Part shown: piece by piece, positions 8,796 to 17,246 of the stretch | Position numbering within the stretch: the first letter of the stretch is position 1 | How the letters are laid out: each line of letters begins with the position of its first letter | IMG/VR virus record: IMGVR_UViG_3300025141_000029 | Span: 64,001 to 128,000 of that record | Origin: a virus | Direction: 5' to 3' (one strand) | DNA: 64,000 bases | Notes under the pieces: model-generated | Database searches by the model: none | Seen by the model: only the letters and a program-made list of their open reading frames with translations | What the model was told of the DNA's origin: nothing | Made by a program: the position numbers and the translations under genes

Positions 8796-9289
8796 TATCC
8801 TTTGCCAAGGAATTTTTTAAACTTTGTATCTAGTGTATTCTCGCTCGGCTCAAGACGATCAGTAATGTCTTTCAAATTTCCAATTTTAAAAACTTTATTC
8901 GCTGTAACAAAAACTCGAACGCGGCTTGTTGACTGTACCATAGCATCAGCTTCACCTTCGGCAGTTAGAGAAATAGTTTTTCCAGTAATTTGTTTATATC
9001 TTTTACGAAGATACTTCGCAATATCTTTAAATGTTGATTCAATATCGTTTTCAAAATTTGTAGCATATACATCTTTGAGACGACAATCGGATTGATATGT
9101 TACAAGCAGCTTGGTTCCATCGATACGACACTTAAAACCATCCATTACTCTTGAATCTAGAACGGGATGGCCCTCTTCTCTTTTCAGGCCGACCTTAACT
9201 GGCTCACCTTTATCATCTAGCGCACCATCATATGAATCTGCAGCTGCCTGCATCAATCCTTTTACAACATCTAAATCTAATTGTGACAT
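8795..9289 (-). CDS. Hypothetical protein
   Basis: 164-aa ORF with GGAG RBS, coupled to TerL. Confidence 0.7.
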   Translation of the reverse strand: MSQLDLDVVKGLMQAAADSYDGALDDKGEPVKVGLKREEGHPVLDSRVMDGFKCRIDGTKLLVTYQSDCRLKDVYATNFENDIESTFKDIAKYLRKRYKQITGKTISLTAEGEADAMVQSTSRVRVFVTANKVFKIGNLKDITDRLEPSENTLDTKFKKFLGKG

Positions 9290-9672
9290 TTATTTTCTCC
9301 TGGTCTCCAGCCTTTCAGCCATCGGTCTTCGCGGCCTTCGACGTAATTTATAAAACATCTTTGGCAACATTCAAATTTATTATAATATATATCGTCTTTA
9401 ACTGTTTTTAGTCTTTTTATACAAACTGGGCAAACTAAAATGCTAATTTCTCTAGTAAGTAGTTTTTTGTTAACTAAAAATCCATCAACCTCAACCTTCT
9501 CTTGTTGCTCTTCGAGCACACATTGAGACGCATCCAGTTCTTTTAGTTGCTCAAGGTACTCTTTTTCTTTGTCTTTGGACCAATTTGAATTTGGATTTAT
9601 AGTTGCGTCTTCGCCATATTTTTGATTAATGGCTTTTTCAATTTTTGCTATGTGGTTCCAATCTTTGTCCAT
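9277..9672 (-). CDS. Hypothetical protein with C-terminal Zn-binding Cys motifs
   Basis: CPVC...CCQRC. Confidence 0.65.
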   Translation of the reverse strand: MDKDWNHIAKIEKAINQKYGEDATINPNSNWSKDKEKEYLEQLKELDASQCVLEEQQEKVEVDGFLVNKKLLTREISILVCPVCIKRLKTVKDDIYYNKFECCQRCFINYVEGREDRWLKGWRPGENKCHN

Positions 9673-9676
9673 ATAG

Positions 9677-9684
9677 TAATTAGT
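9677..9684 (-). promoter_or_regulatory. Candidate late promoter ACTAATTA
   Basis: Recurrent motif, 4 nt upstream of the ATG at 9672. Confidence 0.45.
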
Positions 9685-9750
9685 TCAAAAAGCACGAGGG
9701 CTCGGTTGAACCTATACTTTATAACATTAATTATAAAATGTTAAGTTTAA

Positions 9751-10539
9751 TCAACTTGTATCTCCCAGAGGGATCCACTTATAAGTACTCCCACCAGTTT
9801 GAACACTATATAATATGATCCCCGTGGCGTTTGTAAAAGTTTTTGTTACACTGCCAGCTGGATTATTAAAAATTAGTTTAGGGTCGCCGCTAGAACTTTT
9901 GAGACCGAGAACAACCTTAAGTTGACCATGTAGAGATGAGTCAGCTAAAGTGCAAATATTATCTACACTAGCTGTACAATGAATAATACTAGTGGGAGTC
10001 GTTGTGGGTACTGCGGAACCAGATATCGTTAACGCAGTTCCGTCACCACCCAGAATCACTTTCCTGTACATTCCAAAACCATCATTGGTTGAGTCAACTT
10101 TAGCTGCAACGTTTGCGCCGGCTGTTAAAAATCGAAGATCAGCGCCAGCTATTTGAGCACCCAATTGAGGTCCAGTGGATCCAGATGCAATGGATAATAG
10201 ATCAACATTATCTTTCTGAAAGACAACAGATCCACCAGAGGCATCAAGAGAAATATTCGCCGATGAATCAACTCTAACGCCACTACCAGAAATAGTTATG
10301 CCGGTGCCTGTGGCGACATCCATACGATTAGTGCTGCCTGTGCCAAAAGTAATATATTTATCGGCTGGTATTCGTATACCCGAAGAAGCAGTTATATATG
10401 AACTAACGCCCAATGTGGAAAAAACAGTGGATCCAGAAACTTCTAGAGATCCTGAAATACTTATGGTAGTGTGAGCTGTTATCGAGCCGGTCGTGCTTCC
10501 AGTGGCTGGGTGTAGATTATTTACGTAAAGATTACTCAT
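9751..10539 (-). CDS. Ser/Thr/Gly-rich putative virion (fibre/decoration) protein
   Basis: Beta-rich low-charge composition with repeated SGS/TGS. Confidence 0.55.
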   Translation of the reverse strand: MSNLYVNNLHPATGSTTGSITAHTTISISGSLEVSGSTVFSTLGVSSYITASSGIRIPADKYITFGTGSTNRMDVATGTGITISGSGVRVDSSANISLDASGGSVVFQKDNVDLLSIASGSTGPQLGAQIAGADLRFLTAGANVAAKVDSTNDGFGMYRKVILGGDGTALTISGSAVPTTTPTSIIHCTASVDNICTLADSSLHGQLKVVLGLKSSSGDPKLIFNNPAGSVTKTFTNATGIILYSVQTGGSTYKWIPLGDTS

Positions 10540-10565
10540 GATTTATTTTCCTATATTAAATATAT

Positions 10566-10820
10566 TTACGCATCAGAAAAGTCTTTAATTTTTAAATTAC
10601 TGCCTGCTGAGATAGTAAATGATGCACCCTCTGAAATTGTTATCGGTCCATATAAAACAGCATTAATATTTTCAGGAATAACCGTAGTCGTATCTATAGT
10701 TGATCGATTGCCAAAACCAGCAGAAGACACAAAACCGGGCAGATCTTGGGCGATAGTCTCGGCTGCTCTTCTTAATTTTGCCGGTGTCCACGTGGCTATT
10801 GTCCCTCTTGACGTTGCCAC
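10566..10820 (-). CDS. Small putative virion/fibre-associated protein (84 aa, GTG start at 10820)
   Basis: TAGTG overlap with the upstream stop; C-terminal NAVLYGPITISEGASFTISAGSNLKI resembles marine phage fibre ends. Confidence 0.55.
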   Translation of the reverse strand: MATSRGTIATWTPAKLRRAAETIAQDLPGFVSSAGFGNRSTIDTTTVIPENINAVLYGPITISEGASFTISAGSNLKIKDFSDA

Positions 10821-11284
10821 TAATTTTGTACCTCCACTGCTGCGTAGAAAATACCAATTGATAATACAATGCCCGCAATAATACCACCAGCAAACCACCA
10901 GTGAGAATGATCGTCTATCTCATCTTTAATAATTTCATTTAATTGATTGATTTCTTTTTCTTTCTGGACCAATAATTGATTATGCATATTTTTTAAAGAA
11001 TCATGTTGTACTCGTAGGAGATCAATTGCTAATTGTTTATTCGCCAGTTGAACCTCAAAATCTTTTTTTATTTTTAATTCAAGCTCTATGCCACAATATC
11101 TACTTTTTGCTATAAACTTTGCGCCGGCTATTGAATCCAAGAGAATGCCAGAAAATGGTGCTGGCTCATCAACAGAAATTGATGTTATGTTGCCTTCTTG
11201 ATTTTCTAGTTCTTGAGCTGTGGCACTTGTCGTTACACAAAGAAAACAAATAATTAAAAAAATTGTAAATATTTTTTTAAACAT
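10820..11284 (-). CDS. Spanin-like membrane protein
   Basis: N-terminal signal/TM segment, coiled coil and C-terminal TM (WWFAGGIIAGIVLSIGIFY); follows the holin-like gene. Confidence 0.45.
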   Translation of the reverse strand: MFKKIFTIFLIICFLCVTTSATAQELENQEGNITSISVDEPAPFSGILLDSIAGAKFIAKSRYCGIELELKIKKDFEVQLANKQLAIDLLRVQHDSLKNMHNQLLVQKEKEINQLNEIIKDEIDDHSHWWFAGGIIAGIVLSIGIFYAAVEVQN

Positions 11285-11699
11285 TATTGGCCCCTAAAAT
11301 ATCAGCAATCTCCTTTGCCATTTTATCAGGATTATTATCAAATTTTTTGACAATAGCTTCAACTTCTTTTTTTTCTTTTTTTGGCAATTCTTTCATCTTG
11401 GTGTTAAAATCATTTTCAATTTTTACAAGATTTTCTTGATGACGCTCTATAGCATCTAGTGTTTTTTGTCTTTCCTCGGCATTATTTTTGTTAATGATTT
11501 CAATTTCTTTTTTATAGTTTTCTCTAGACTGCATCATAATATCAAAATATTTATTTTTGACACCCTTGCCAATAAAAATACAGGCTAACACCAGCACCAA
11601 AATTACTGGAATATACCAGTGATGCTTAATCCAGATCCAAACTTTTTTCCACATTAACACTTTGTTTTCATCCATGCTTCCATTTAGCAGCCAGATCAA
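11277..11699 (-). CDS. i-spanin-like protein (N-terminal TM plus coiled coil); true start probably 11675 or 11654
   Basis: WYIPVILVLVLACIFIG followed by a charged helical region. Confidence 0.45.
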   Translation of the reverse strand: MIWLLNGSMDENKVLMWKKVWIWIKHHWYIPVILVLVLACIFIGKGVKNKYFDIMMQSRENYKKEIEIINKNNAEERQKTLDAIERHQENLVKIENDFNTKMKELPKKEKKEVEAIVKKFDNNPDKMAKEIADILGANNV

Positions 11700-11859
11700 C
11701 TAAAGCTTGTGAGCCGACATACATCAACGTAACAGCAACCCAATCATCGCTTGTTACGCCGCCGGCCAAAACCAAATATGTGGCCGTTACCCATGCCAAA
11801 AATTTACGTGAAATGAATCTCTCAATATTTTTATCTAACCATGCTTTTGCTCGTCTCAT
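11668..11859 (-). CDS. Holin-like two-TM protein
   Basis: 63 aa; SRKFLAW TM1 and WVAVTLMYVG TM2; GGAG RBS before the ATG at 11859. Confidence 0.55.
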   Translation of the reverse strand: MRRAKAWLDKNIERFISRKFLAWVTATYLVLAGGVTSDDWVAVTLMYVGSQALVDLAAKWKHG

Positions 11860-11877
11860 TATTAAAGTCTCCATTGA

Positions 11878-11885
11878 TAAATAGT
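11878..11885 (-). promoter_or_regulatory. Candidate late promoter ACTATTTA
   Basis: Intergenic, directly upstream of the holin RBS. Confidence 0.5.
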
Positions 11886-11898
11886 ATTCCGAAAAGAC

Positions 11899-14800
11899 TT
11901 ATTGATTTACTGAAGCAAAACCTTTTCTTTTCTCAATTATAATTTGTGTATCAACCGTATCTTTCAAAGAATCTAAGTGAGAAATAAGAAGCACAGTCTT
12001 GAATTGAGTTTTAATCATATCTAAAATTCTAATGAAACCTTCCATATTTTCTTCGTCTAAAGTTGTACCCGGCTCGTCCAAAACAAAAATATCACCTTTT
12101 GGTAAAGTTGATACATTTAAAAGTGCAAGACGAATGGCCATGGCCGCAATTGTTTTTTCTGCGCCAGAGCCCATTTCAATTGGGCGTGGATCGTGGCCGG
12201 GATGTTTAATTAAGATGTCAAGTTTTTTATCTTCATTTTCAAAAAAAACTTCAAAGTCAACAATATTGGCAATAACCTTTGAAATTTCAGCATTAATCAG
12301 CGGCAAGCGCTTTTTAATAATATCGTAAGAAATTCCATTAGCATGCATACAGTTCATAAACAAATCGTAAGCAGAAAAATTATTACATAATGTTGTATAA
12401 TCTTCTTTATCCCGCTTAATCTTTTCAACTCGTTCTTCTAGCGTTCCATCTTCTTTATATAAATTAAGAATAAGTTTTTGACAACGATCATATTGTTTGC
12501 TTAATTTGGTAACTTCTTCATCAACTTCTTCTTCAGAGATTTGTAAAGTTTCCAAGTTTTCAATAAGTTTCTTGTTTTGATCATAATATTCCCTTTGTTT
12601 CTCAAGTTCTATTAAGTATGTTTTAATTTTAAAAGACTCGTTTTTATTTTTTTCAACTTCAACATTCAACAATTGTAGATCAACTTTTGATTCAGATAAT
12701 TTATGCTGAAAAGATCCATAATCCTCTAATATTTTTTTATTTTCTTCTGGTTTTAAAGCATTTAATTCTGCCTGTGTATTGTTTTTTATAATAGAAAGCT
12801 CCTCCAGTGAAACGCCAGATGAACTTATTAAACGTTTTGATTTGTGGGCATCTTCAATAAACCTACAAGTTGGAAACTTATTACCACAAGGAACTTCATC
12901 CAATAAATCAATTTTCTTCTTCTGTCTTTCTATCTTCTCTTGTAGTCTCTGTATGTCACTTTCCAAATCTTTAATTTTTTCAACCCTTTGCTCAATCTCT
13001 TTTTGTTTTTCTTTAATTTCGTCAGCTGGGCATTCTTCCAAGAACTCTTCTATTTCAAGAACATGCTTTTCCTTTATATCAATTTGAGCTAAAAAGTTAA
13101 CTTGACTATGTTCATACTCTTTCAGCAATCTTGTTCGTTCCTCAATATTCGATATCAAATCTTTGATATCAATTATATCGTCAGGAATCTCTTTTAACTT
13201 TAGAGAAATTTCTTGTAGCTCATTTTGTTTTTCAGTTAAACTCTCTTTCAAAACAACACATTCAAGATCTTTTTGTTCTCGTTTAATGTTATTTTTATTA
13301 AAGATTTTTTCTGCTTCTTTTATTTCTTTATCAAATTCACGATCGTCGTCTCGGCGAATCAAAACTTTCATATCTCCAGCCTCGTCTTTCGCCATTTTGA
13401 ACTTGTGTTCAAAGACTTCAAGATCCAAAAATTTGGCGAGAATTTCTTTGCGGCGGGTCGAACCTTCACCGATATACGAAAGCGAGCCGAGCTGTGATGC
13501 CATTGAAGTTAAAAGAAAATCTTCAAGACTGCCAAAGATTTTTTTAATATTCTTGTCGGTCTCAATTCTTGAAGTACCATTCAGGCTTTTTTCTTCTTCT
13601 AAGGCATTATCGTAAACGCTGAACTCTAAATCAGTTTTTGCCTCTTGCGTTACGTTGCCTCGAAGCTTTTTAATATATTTTGTGCTAACTCTTTCAATTT
13701 TATAAGTTTTTGTTCCAATACCGATTTCAACGTAACCTCGACAATAATCTTTATTTTGATTAATGACATTGAGGTTTTTACGATTATTCTTTGATGTTGT
13801 ATTAAAGAGTGTGTAAAGTAATGAATCGACAATGCTGGATTTTCCAGAAAAGTTCTTTCCAAAAATCCCAACAATGCCGTTTAAATTTTCAAAATTAATA
13901 GAGTTTTTTTCACCATAGTTGAATAGATTATCCCATTCTATTTTCTTGAGTCGCCAGTTGATATTCCGCGAGATTTCTTCCTCTTCCTCGACTCTTGTTT
14001 TATAAATGCGATTAAGATTGAGTATCTTTTGAGTCGTTTCGGTATCGACTTGATACTCTTGTAAATATTCTTCAATTAATTCCTCCTGAACATTGATGTC
14101 GCGCAAATCTTCTTTTACTAATGAATTGGTCAAATCCTCGATATTAATTCGATCACCTTGCGCACGATTTAAATATGTAATAGCCTCTGGTTTGAAGCGC
14201 GTTTTTGCAACATCAATTGCGCGACGAATTATGTCCAACGGCAAATGATTTTCAGATACGAGACGGAGGCGCGCCCCTTTTTGAACTTTAACTTTCTTTG
14301 AAATTCTTCCGCGAGGCGTCAATTGAATTGTAATAAAAGGTTTTGGATTTTTTAAAACAAAATGCTCACAAGTAAAGTTCTCTTTATCTTTAATATCCCA
14401 AATCAAATATCCTTTGTCGCTTGTTTCTCCGTGATTCTGTTGGATCGTCGAGCCAGGATAACGTATCTTTCCTTCTTTGTCCAAGATTTGATTGGTTTTG
14501 TGTATGTCCCCAAGAAAACCATAGTCAAAATTATTAAAAATGCCAAGATCATTTTCCCCCCTTTCCATTGTCCACCCCAAGTCTGTTTGACAATTTGAGA
14601 TTGATCCATGATATAAAGCAATGTTTATACGATTTGAATCAGACGGATCCTGCCAATTGTCTTCATCAAATACAGACAACACATTCAGCGAGAAATTATC
14701 CCTTAAAGGCATCTCTCCCGAATTTCGTAGTAGGTATAGGCTCTGATGTTGTAATGCGTTTACGATAGGAGTAAGAGCGTCCTGGCGGCTTGAGTTCCGT

Positions 14801-15051
14801 AGGTTGCCATCGTGATTACCGAGAATAACATATGTTGGTGCTATATCTGCTAGATTCTTGAGGAAATCAGAACACATTTGAACATACTCGGGACTAATTT
14901 GAGTCTTCGTATGTGCGATATCCCCACAGTGAATTATATAATCTGGCTTCTGTTCTCGAAGGCTTTTATATAATTGGCTAAAAACCTCTCTATATTCTTT
15001 ATGATATTTTAAATTTCGGATATGAGTATCCGATATGTGCGCAAAACGCAT
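11899..15051 (-). CDS. Fused Mre11/SbcD nuclease plus Rad50/SbcC ATPase (T4 gp47-gp46-like)
   Basis: SDTH, GD, GNHD and GDIH phosphoesterase motifs; GKNFSGKS Walker A, coiled coil, GSGAEK signature, FVLDEP Walker B and ISH switch. Confidence 0.9.
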   Translation of the reverse strand: MRFAHISDTHIRNLKYHKEYREVFSQLYKSLREQKPDYIIHCGDIAHTKTQISPEYVQMCSDFLKNLADIAPTYVILGNHDGNLRNSSRQDALTPIVNALQHQSLYLLRNSGEMPLRDNFSLNVLSVFDEDNWQDPSDSNRINIALYHGSISNCQTDLGWTMERGENDLGIFNNFDYGFLGDIHKTNQILDKEGKIRYPGSTIQQNHGETSDKGYLIWDIKDKENFTCEHFVLKNPKPFITIQLTPRGRISKKVKVQKGARLRLVSENHLPLDIIRRAIDVAKTRFKPEAITYLNRAQGDRINIEDLTNSLVKEDLRDINVQEELIEEYLQEYQVDTETTQKILNLNRIYKTRVEEEEEISRNINWRLKKIEWDNLFNYGEKNSINFENLNGIVGIFGKNFSGKSSIVDSLLYTLFNTTSKNNRKNLNVINQNKDYCRGYVEIGIGTKTYKIERVSTKYIKKLRGNVTQEAKTDLEFSVYDNALEEEKSLNGTSRIETDKNIKKIFGSLEDFLLTSMASQLGSLSYIGEGSTRRKEILAKFLDLEVFEHKFKMAKDEAGDMKVLIRRDDDREFDKEIKEAEKIFNKNNIKREQKDLECVVLKESLTEKQNELQEISLKLKEIPDDIIDIKDLISNIEERTRLLKEYEHSQVNFLAQIDIKEKHVLEIEEFLEECPADEIKEKQKEIEQRVEKIKDLESDIQRLQEKIERQKKKIDLLDEVPCGNKFPTCRFIEDAHKSKRLISSSGVSLEELSIIKNNTQAELNALKPEENKKILEDYGSFQHKLSESKVDLQLLNVEVEKNKNESFKIKTYLIELEKQREYYDQNKKLIENLETLQISEEEVDEEVTKLSKQYDRCQKLILNLYKEDGTLEERVEKIKRDKEDYTTLCNNFSAYDLFMNCMHANGISYDIIKKRLPLINAEISKVIANIVDFEVFFENEDKKLDILIKHPGHDPRPIEMGSGAEKTIAAMAIRLALLNVSTLPKGDIFVLDEPGTTLDEENMEGFIRILDMIKTQFKTVLLISHLDSLKDTVDTQIIIEKRKGFASVNQ

Positions 15052-15080
15052 ATAAACTCCACTTATACAAATCTATTATA

Positions 15081-15581
15081 CTAACGCTTATCGTCTTTGT
15101 CAAGGGAATTCGATCGCGATATAATGAACGGATGGCTCGGTTTTCTATCTTGATATTTAACTCGCGTGCCGACGACTCGATCAACCCACTCTGTTGTAAT
15201 TCCCCAATTGGCATCTTGATCTTTTCCCATATGATGATCGTGGTGCCAGGGTACTTTTTTCTTTGCCCATTCTGGATCTAAATGAGATTTCTTATGAACA
15301 TAATAGTATCTAAAAGCACCTGCTAAAACTCCAACATAAAATACAGCTGATACAAAGAGGATAGGTAAGTGTAATATTATTAAAAATATCAAACCACTTT
15401 TCTCTCTGCTCGTTGATTCGTTCCACCCTTTCTTCTTGTAATCATCATCATAGAAATCATTTTGTCTAGATTTTTTATGATGTATGTGCCGGCGCGAAGA
15501 CCAGCTGCTTTTTTTATTTTTACCTAAACCATGTAAAATATATCTATGTAAAATCCATTCTAATAAATTAGTGTACAACAA
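15081..15581 (-). CDS. Fatty acid hydroxylase/sterol desaturase-family protein (possibly decaying)
   Basis: His boxes HRYILH, HIHH, HKKSH and HHDHH, then NWG; TM segments; poor start. Confidence 0.7.
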   Translation of the reverse strand: MLYTNLLEWILHRYILHGLGKNKKSSWSSRRHIHHKKSRQNDFYDDDYKKKGWNESTSREKSGLIFLIILHLPILFVSAVFYVGVLAGAFRYYYVHKKSHLDPEWAKKKVPWHHDHHMGKDQDANWGITTEWVDRVVGTRVKYQDRKPSHPFIISRSNSLDKDDKR

Positions 15582-15630
15582 GCCTAAAGCAAATGTTGAC
15601 GCATAAAAGATTAATTCTACTACTATCCCA

Positions 15631-15876
15631 TTACGTTGTTAAATCCTCAAAAATTTTATTCATCTCTTGTTGTAGAGTTTTTGCTAACTCTTTATCATCA
15701 TTATTGATAGCTTCAAAATAATATTCACCTAATTTTTCAAAACGTTCTTTCAAAAGTTTTTTTAAATTTGGATTATTATTTTCAATCAAAACAGTACGAT
15801 TTGCTTCTTCTAAAATATGATATCGCTGAATTTCTTCATTAATAATTTGATTTAATTTTTGTTTAGTAATCTTCAT
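15631..15876 (-). CDS. Tagged small protein 4 (MKITKQKLNQIINEEI)
   Basis: AGGAG RBS; shared N-terminal motif. Confidence 0.75.
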   Translation of the reverse strand: MKITKQKLNQIINEEIQRYHILEEANRTVLIENNNPNLKKLLKERFEKLGEYYFEAINNDDKELAKTLQQEMNKIFEDLTT

Positions 15877-15885
15877 ATTATTCTC

Positions 15886-16308
15886 CTATTCATCAAAAGC
15901 TGTCATCGCTTGACCAATTTCTGTCATAAGAACACCAGGCTGAAGCAAAAATTTAAGCTGCTCAATTACAAGTTTTGTAGCAGGATTATCTGATGGTGAA
16001 GTCATAGTTTGAAGTTCTTCTCCAGCGGCTATAAACATCTTTCTGGCCTCGTCTCTGCCCATATCATCAGCCAATTTATATGCATCACTAACCAAAGAGG
16101 CCATCGAAGAGCTTAAAACCTCGGAACCTTGCTGAACTCTATTTCGATGAGTTTCCTCTTCAGCAGTGGGGCCTTCATATTCTGGGCGTCCCTTCTTCCA
16201 ATCTGTACCTGGACTGTGATGCGGATCTAGAGACATCCGCTCGCCTTCTTTAACCAATGCTAGCTCTTCTTTAATAATTTGTTTTAATTGTGATTTTGTA
16301 ATTTTCAT
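15886..16308 (-). CDS. Tagged small protein 3 (MKITKSQLKQIIKEEL)
   Basis: AGGAG RBS; shared N-terminal motif. Confidence 0.75.
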   Translation of the reverse strand: MKITKSQLKQIIKEELALVKEGERMSLDPHHSPGTDWKKGRPEYEGPTAEEETHRNRVQQGSEVLSSSMASLVSDAYKLADDMGRDEARKMFIAAGEELQTMTSPSDNPATKLVIEQLKFLLQPGVLMTEIGQAMTAFDE

Positions 16309-16322
16309 GGCATATGTCTCCT

Positions 16323-16652
16323 TTATGCGCCTAAATCTGCGGATGCATCATGATGCTGCTCTTCTAGTTCATCAGCCATATCACGAAGTGCCTCTGCTCG
16401 ATCCAGATCAGAACGCGTTGAACGGCCGATTAGTTGATCGATAAGTTTTATTTTACCCGATCGAATGAAGTCGTCATGTGAGCTTCGCGCCCGACTTCTA
16501 GAATCATCAACAACTTTGTCCAAAGGATCGGGTGGCCCACCTTTTCCTTGGCGGTGGTGAAAAGCATCTGATGATATATCTTTGACCCATTCTTCAGTCA
16601 TACTTAACTCTTCTTTAATAATTTGTCTTAATTGTTCTTTTGTAATTTTCAT
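16323..16652 (-). CDS. Tagged small protein 2 (MKITKEQLRQIIKEEL)
   Basis: ATGA overlap with the upstream stop places the start at 16652; shared motif. Confidence 0.75.
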   Translation of the reverse strand: MKITKEQLRQIIKEELSMTEEWVKDISSDAFHHRQGKGGPPDPLDKVVDDSRSRARSSHDDFIRSGKIKLIDQLIGRSTRSDLDRAEALRDMADELEEQHHDASADLGA

Positions 16653-16912
16653 AGGCCAAAAACTCCGTGATCTTCCATACATTTAAGATATGCCGGATCT
16701 TTACGATTGCGGCCTACACCACGGCACTTGCACTCTGCCCACATCCAGAGACCCTGATCATCGCCAGGCGGTACGCCACAAGGATCTGTTTCTGCAGCTG
16801 CCATAGAAGCTTCTTTTTCCCACCATGCTGCGTCTTCTGGGGAAATTTCTTTTAGTACTGCCGAAAATTCCTCTTTAATAATCTCTCTTAATCGTTGCTT
16901 TGTAATCTTCAT
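16649..16912 (-). CDS. Tagged small protein 1 (MKITKQRLREIIKEEF), Cys-containing cargo
   Basis: GAGG RBS; shared motif; four Cys in the C-terminal half. Confidence 0.75.
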   Translation of the reverse strand: MKITKQRLREIIKEEFSAVLKEISPEDAAWWEKEASMAAAETDPCGVPPGDDQGLWMWAECKCRGVGRNRKDPAYLKCMEDHGVFGL

Positions 16913-16928
16913 ATTAATCCTCTAATAT

Positions 16929-16936
16929 TAAGTAGT
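16929..16936 (-). promoter_or_regulatory. Candidate late promoter ACTACTTA
   Basis: Immediately after the tmRNA CCA and upstream of the tagged-gene array. Confidence 0.5.
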
Positions 16937-17246
16937 TGGTGGAAGTGCCGGGAGTCGAACCCGGGTCCTAAATATTTCCAACATATTGTCGTTCACAAGG
17001 TTAGTCAGTTTATGAACTCTGACAAACTTAAACGCACCGCGCACCATCAGTTTTTTAAAGAAACTGAAAACTCTATTTTGTAGTCTTGGTTAACAAGGCG
17101 ACTACAACCCCGTGATTACGCCGCTAGGGCGTATTCAAAGTCAACGTTATCGTTGGCGTTTAAAAGTTTGAGTGTTTTTACTGTGCCGCACTCACACAGC
17201 CTTGCACATTATATTTTCAATATTCAGTCGATACCAGTTCACCCCC
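16937..17246 (-). ncRNA. ssrA: tmRNA (one-piece, about 310 nt), tag ANDNVDFEYALAA
   Basis: 5' GGGGGTG pairs with 3' CACTTCC-ACCA with G3:U; T-arm CCGGG-TTCGACT-CCCGG; pk1 CTGTG/CACAG and TGAGTG/CACTCA; tag ORF at 17157-17116 ends YALAA*. Confidence 0.95.

Noticed and set aside
16653-16682. Track start for the 119-aa ORF (MYGRSRSFWP...)
   Set aside because: The ATGA overlap and shared tag place the true start at 16652
15830-16912. Four spaced similar sequences of about 45 nt as a CRISPR array
   Set aside because: The repeats are degenerate, protein-coding, 260-430 nt apart, and there are no cas genes
16937-16970. tRNA-like T-arm and ACCA end suggesting a tRNA-Ala or att site
   Set aside because: It is the 3' end of the tmRNA; there is no anticodon arm, no duplicate copy and no integrase in the window
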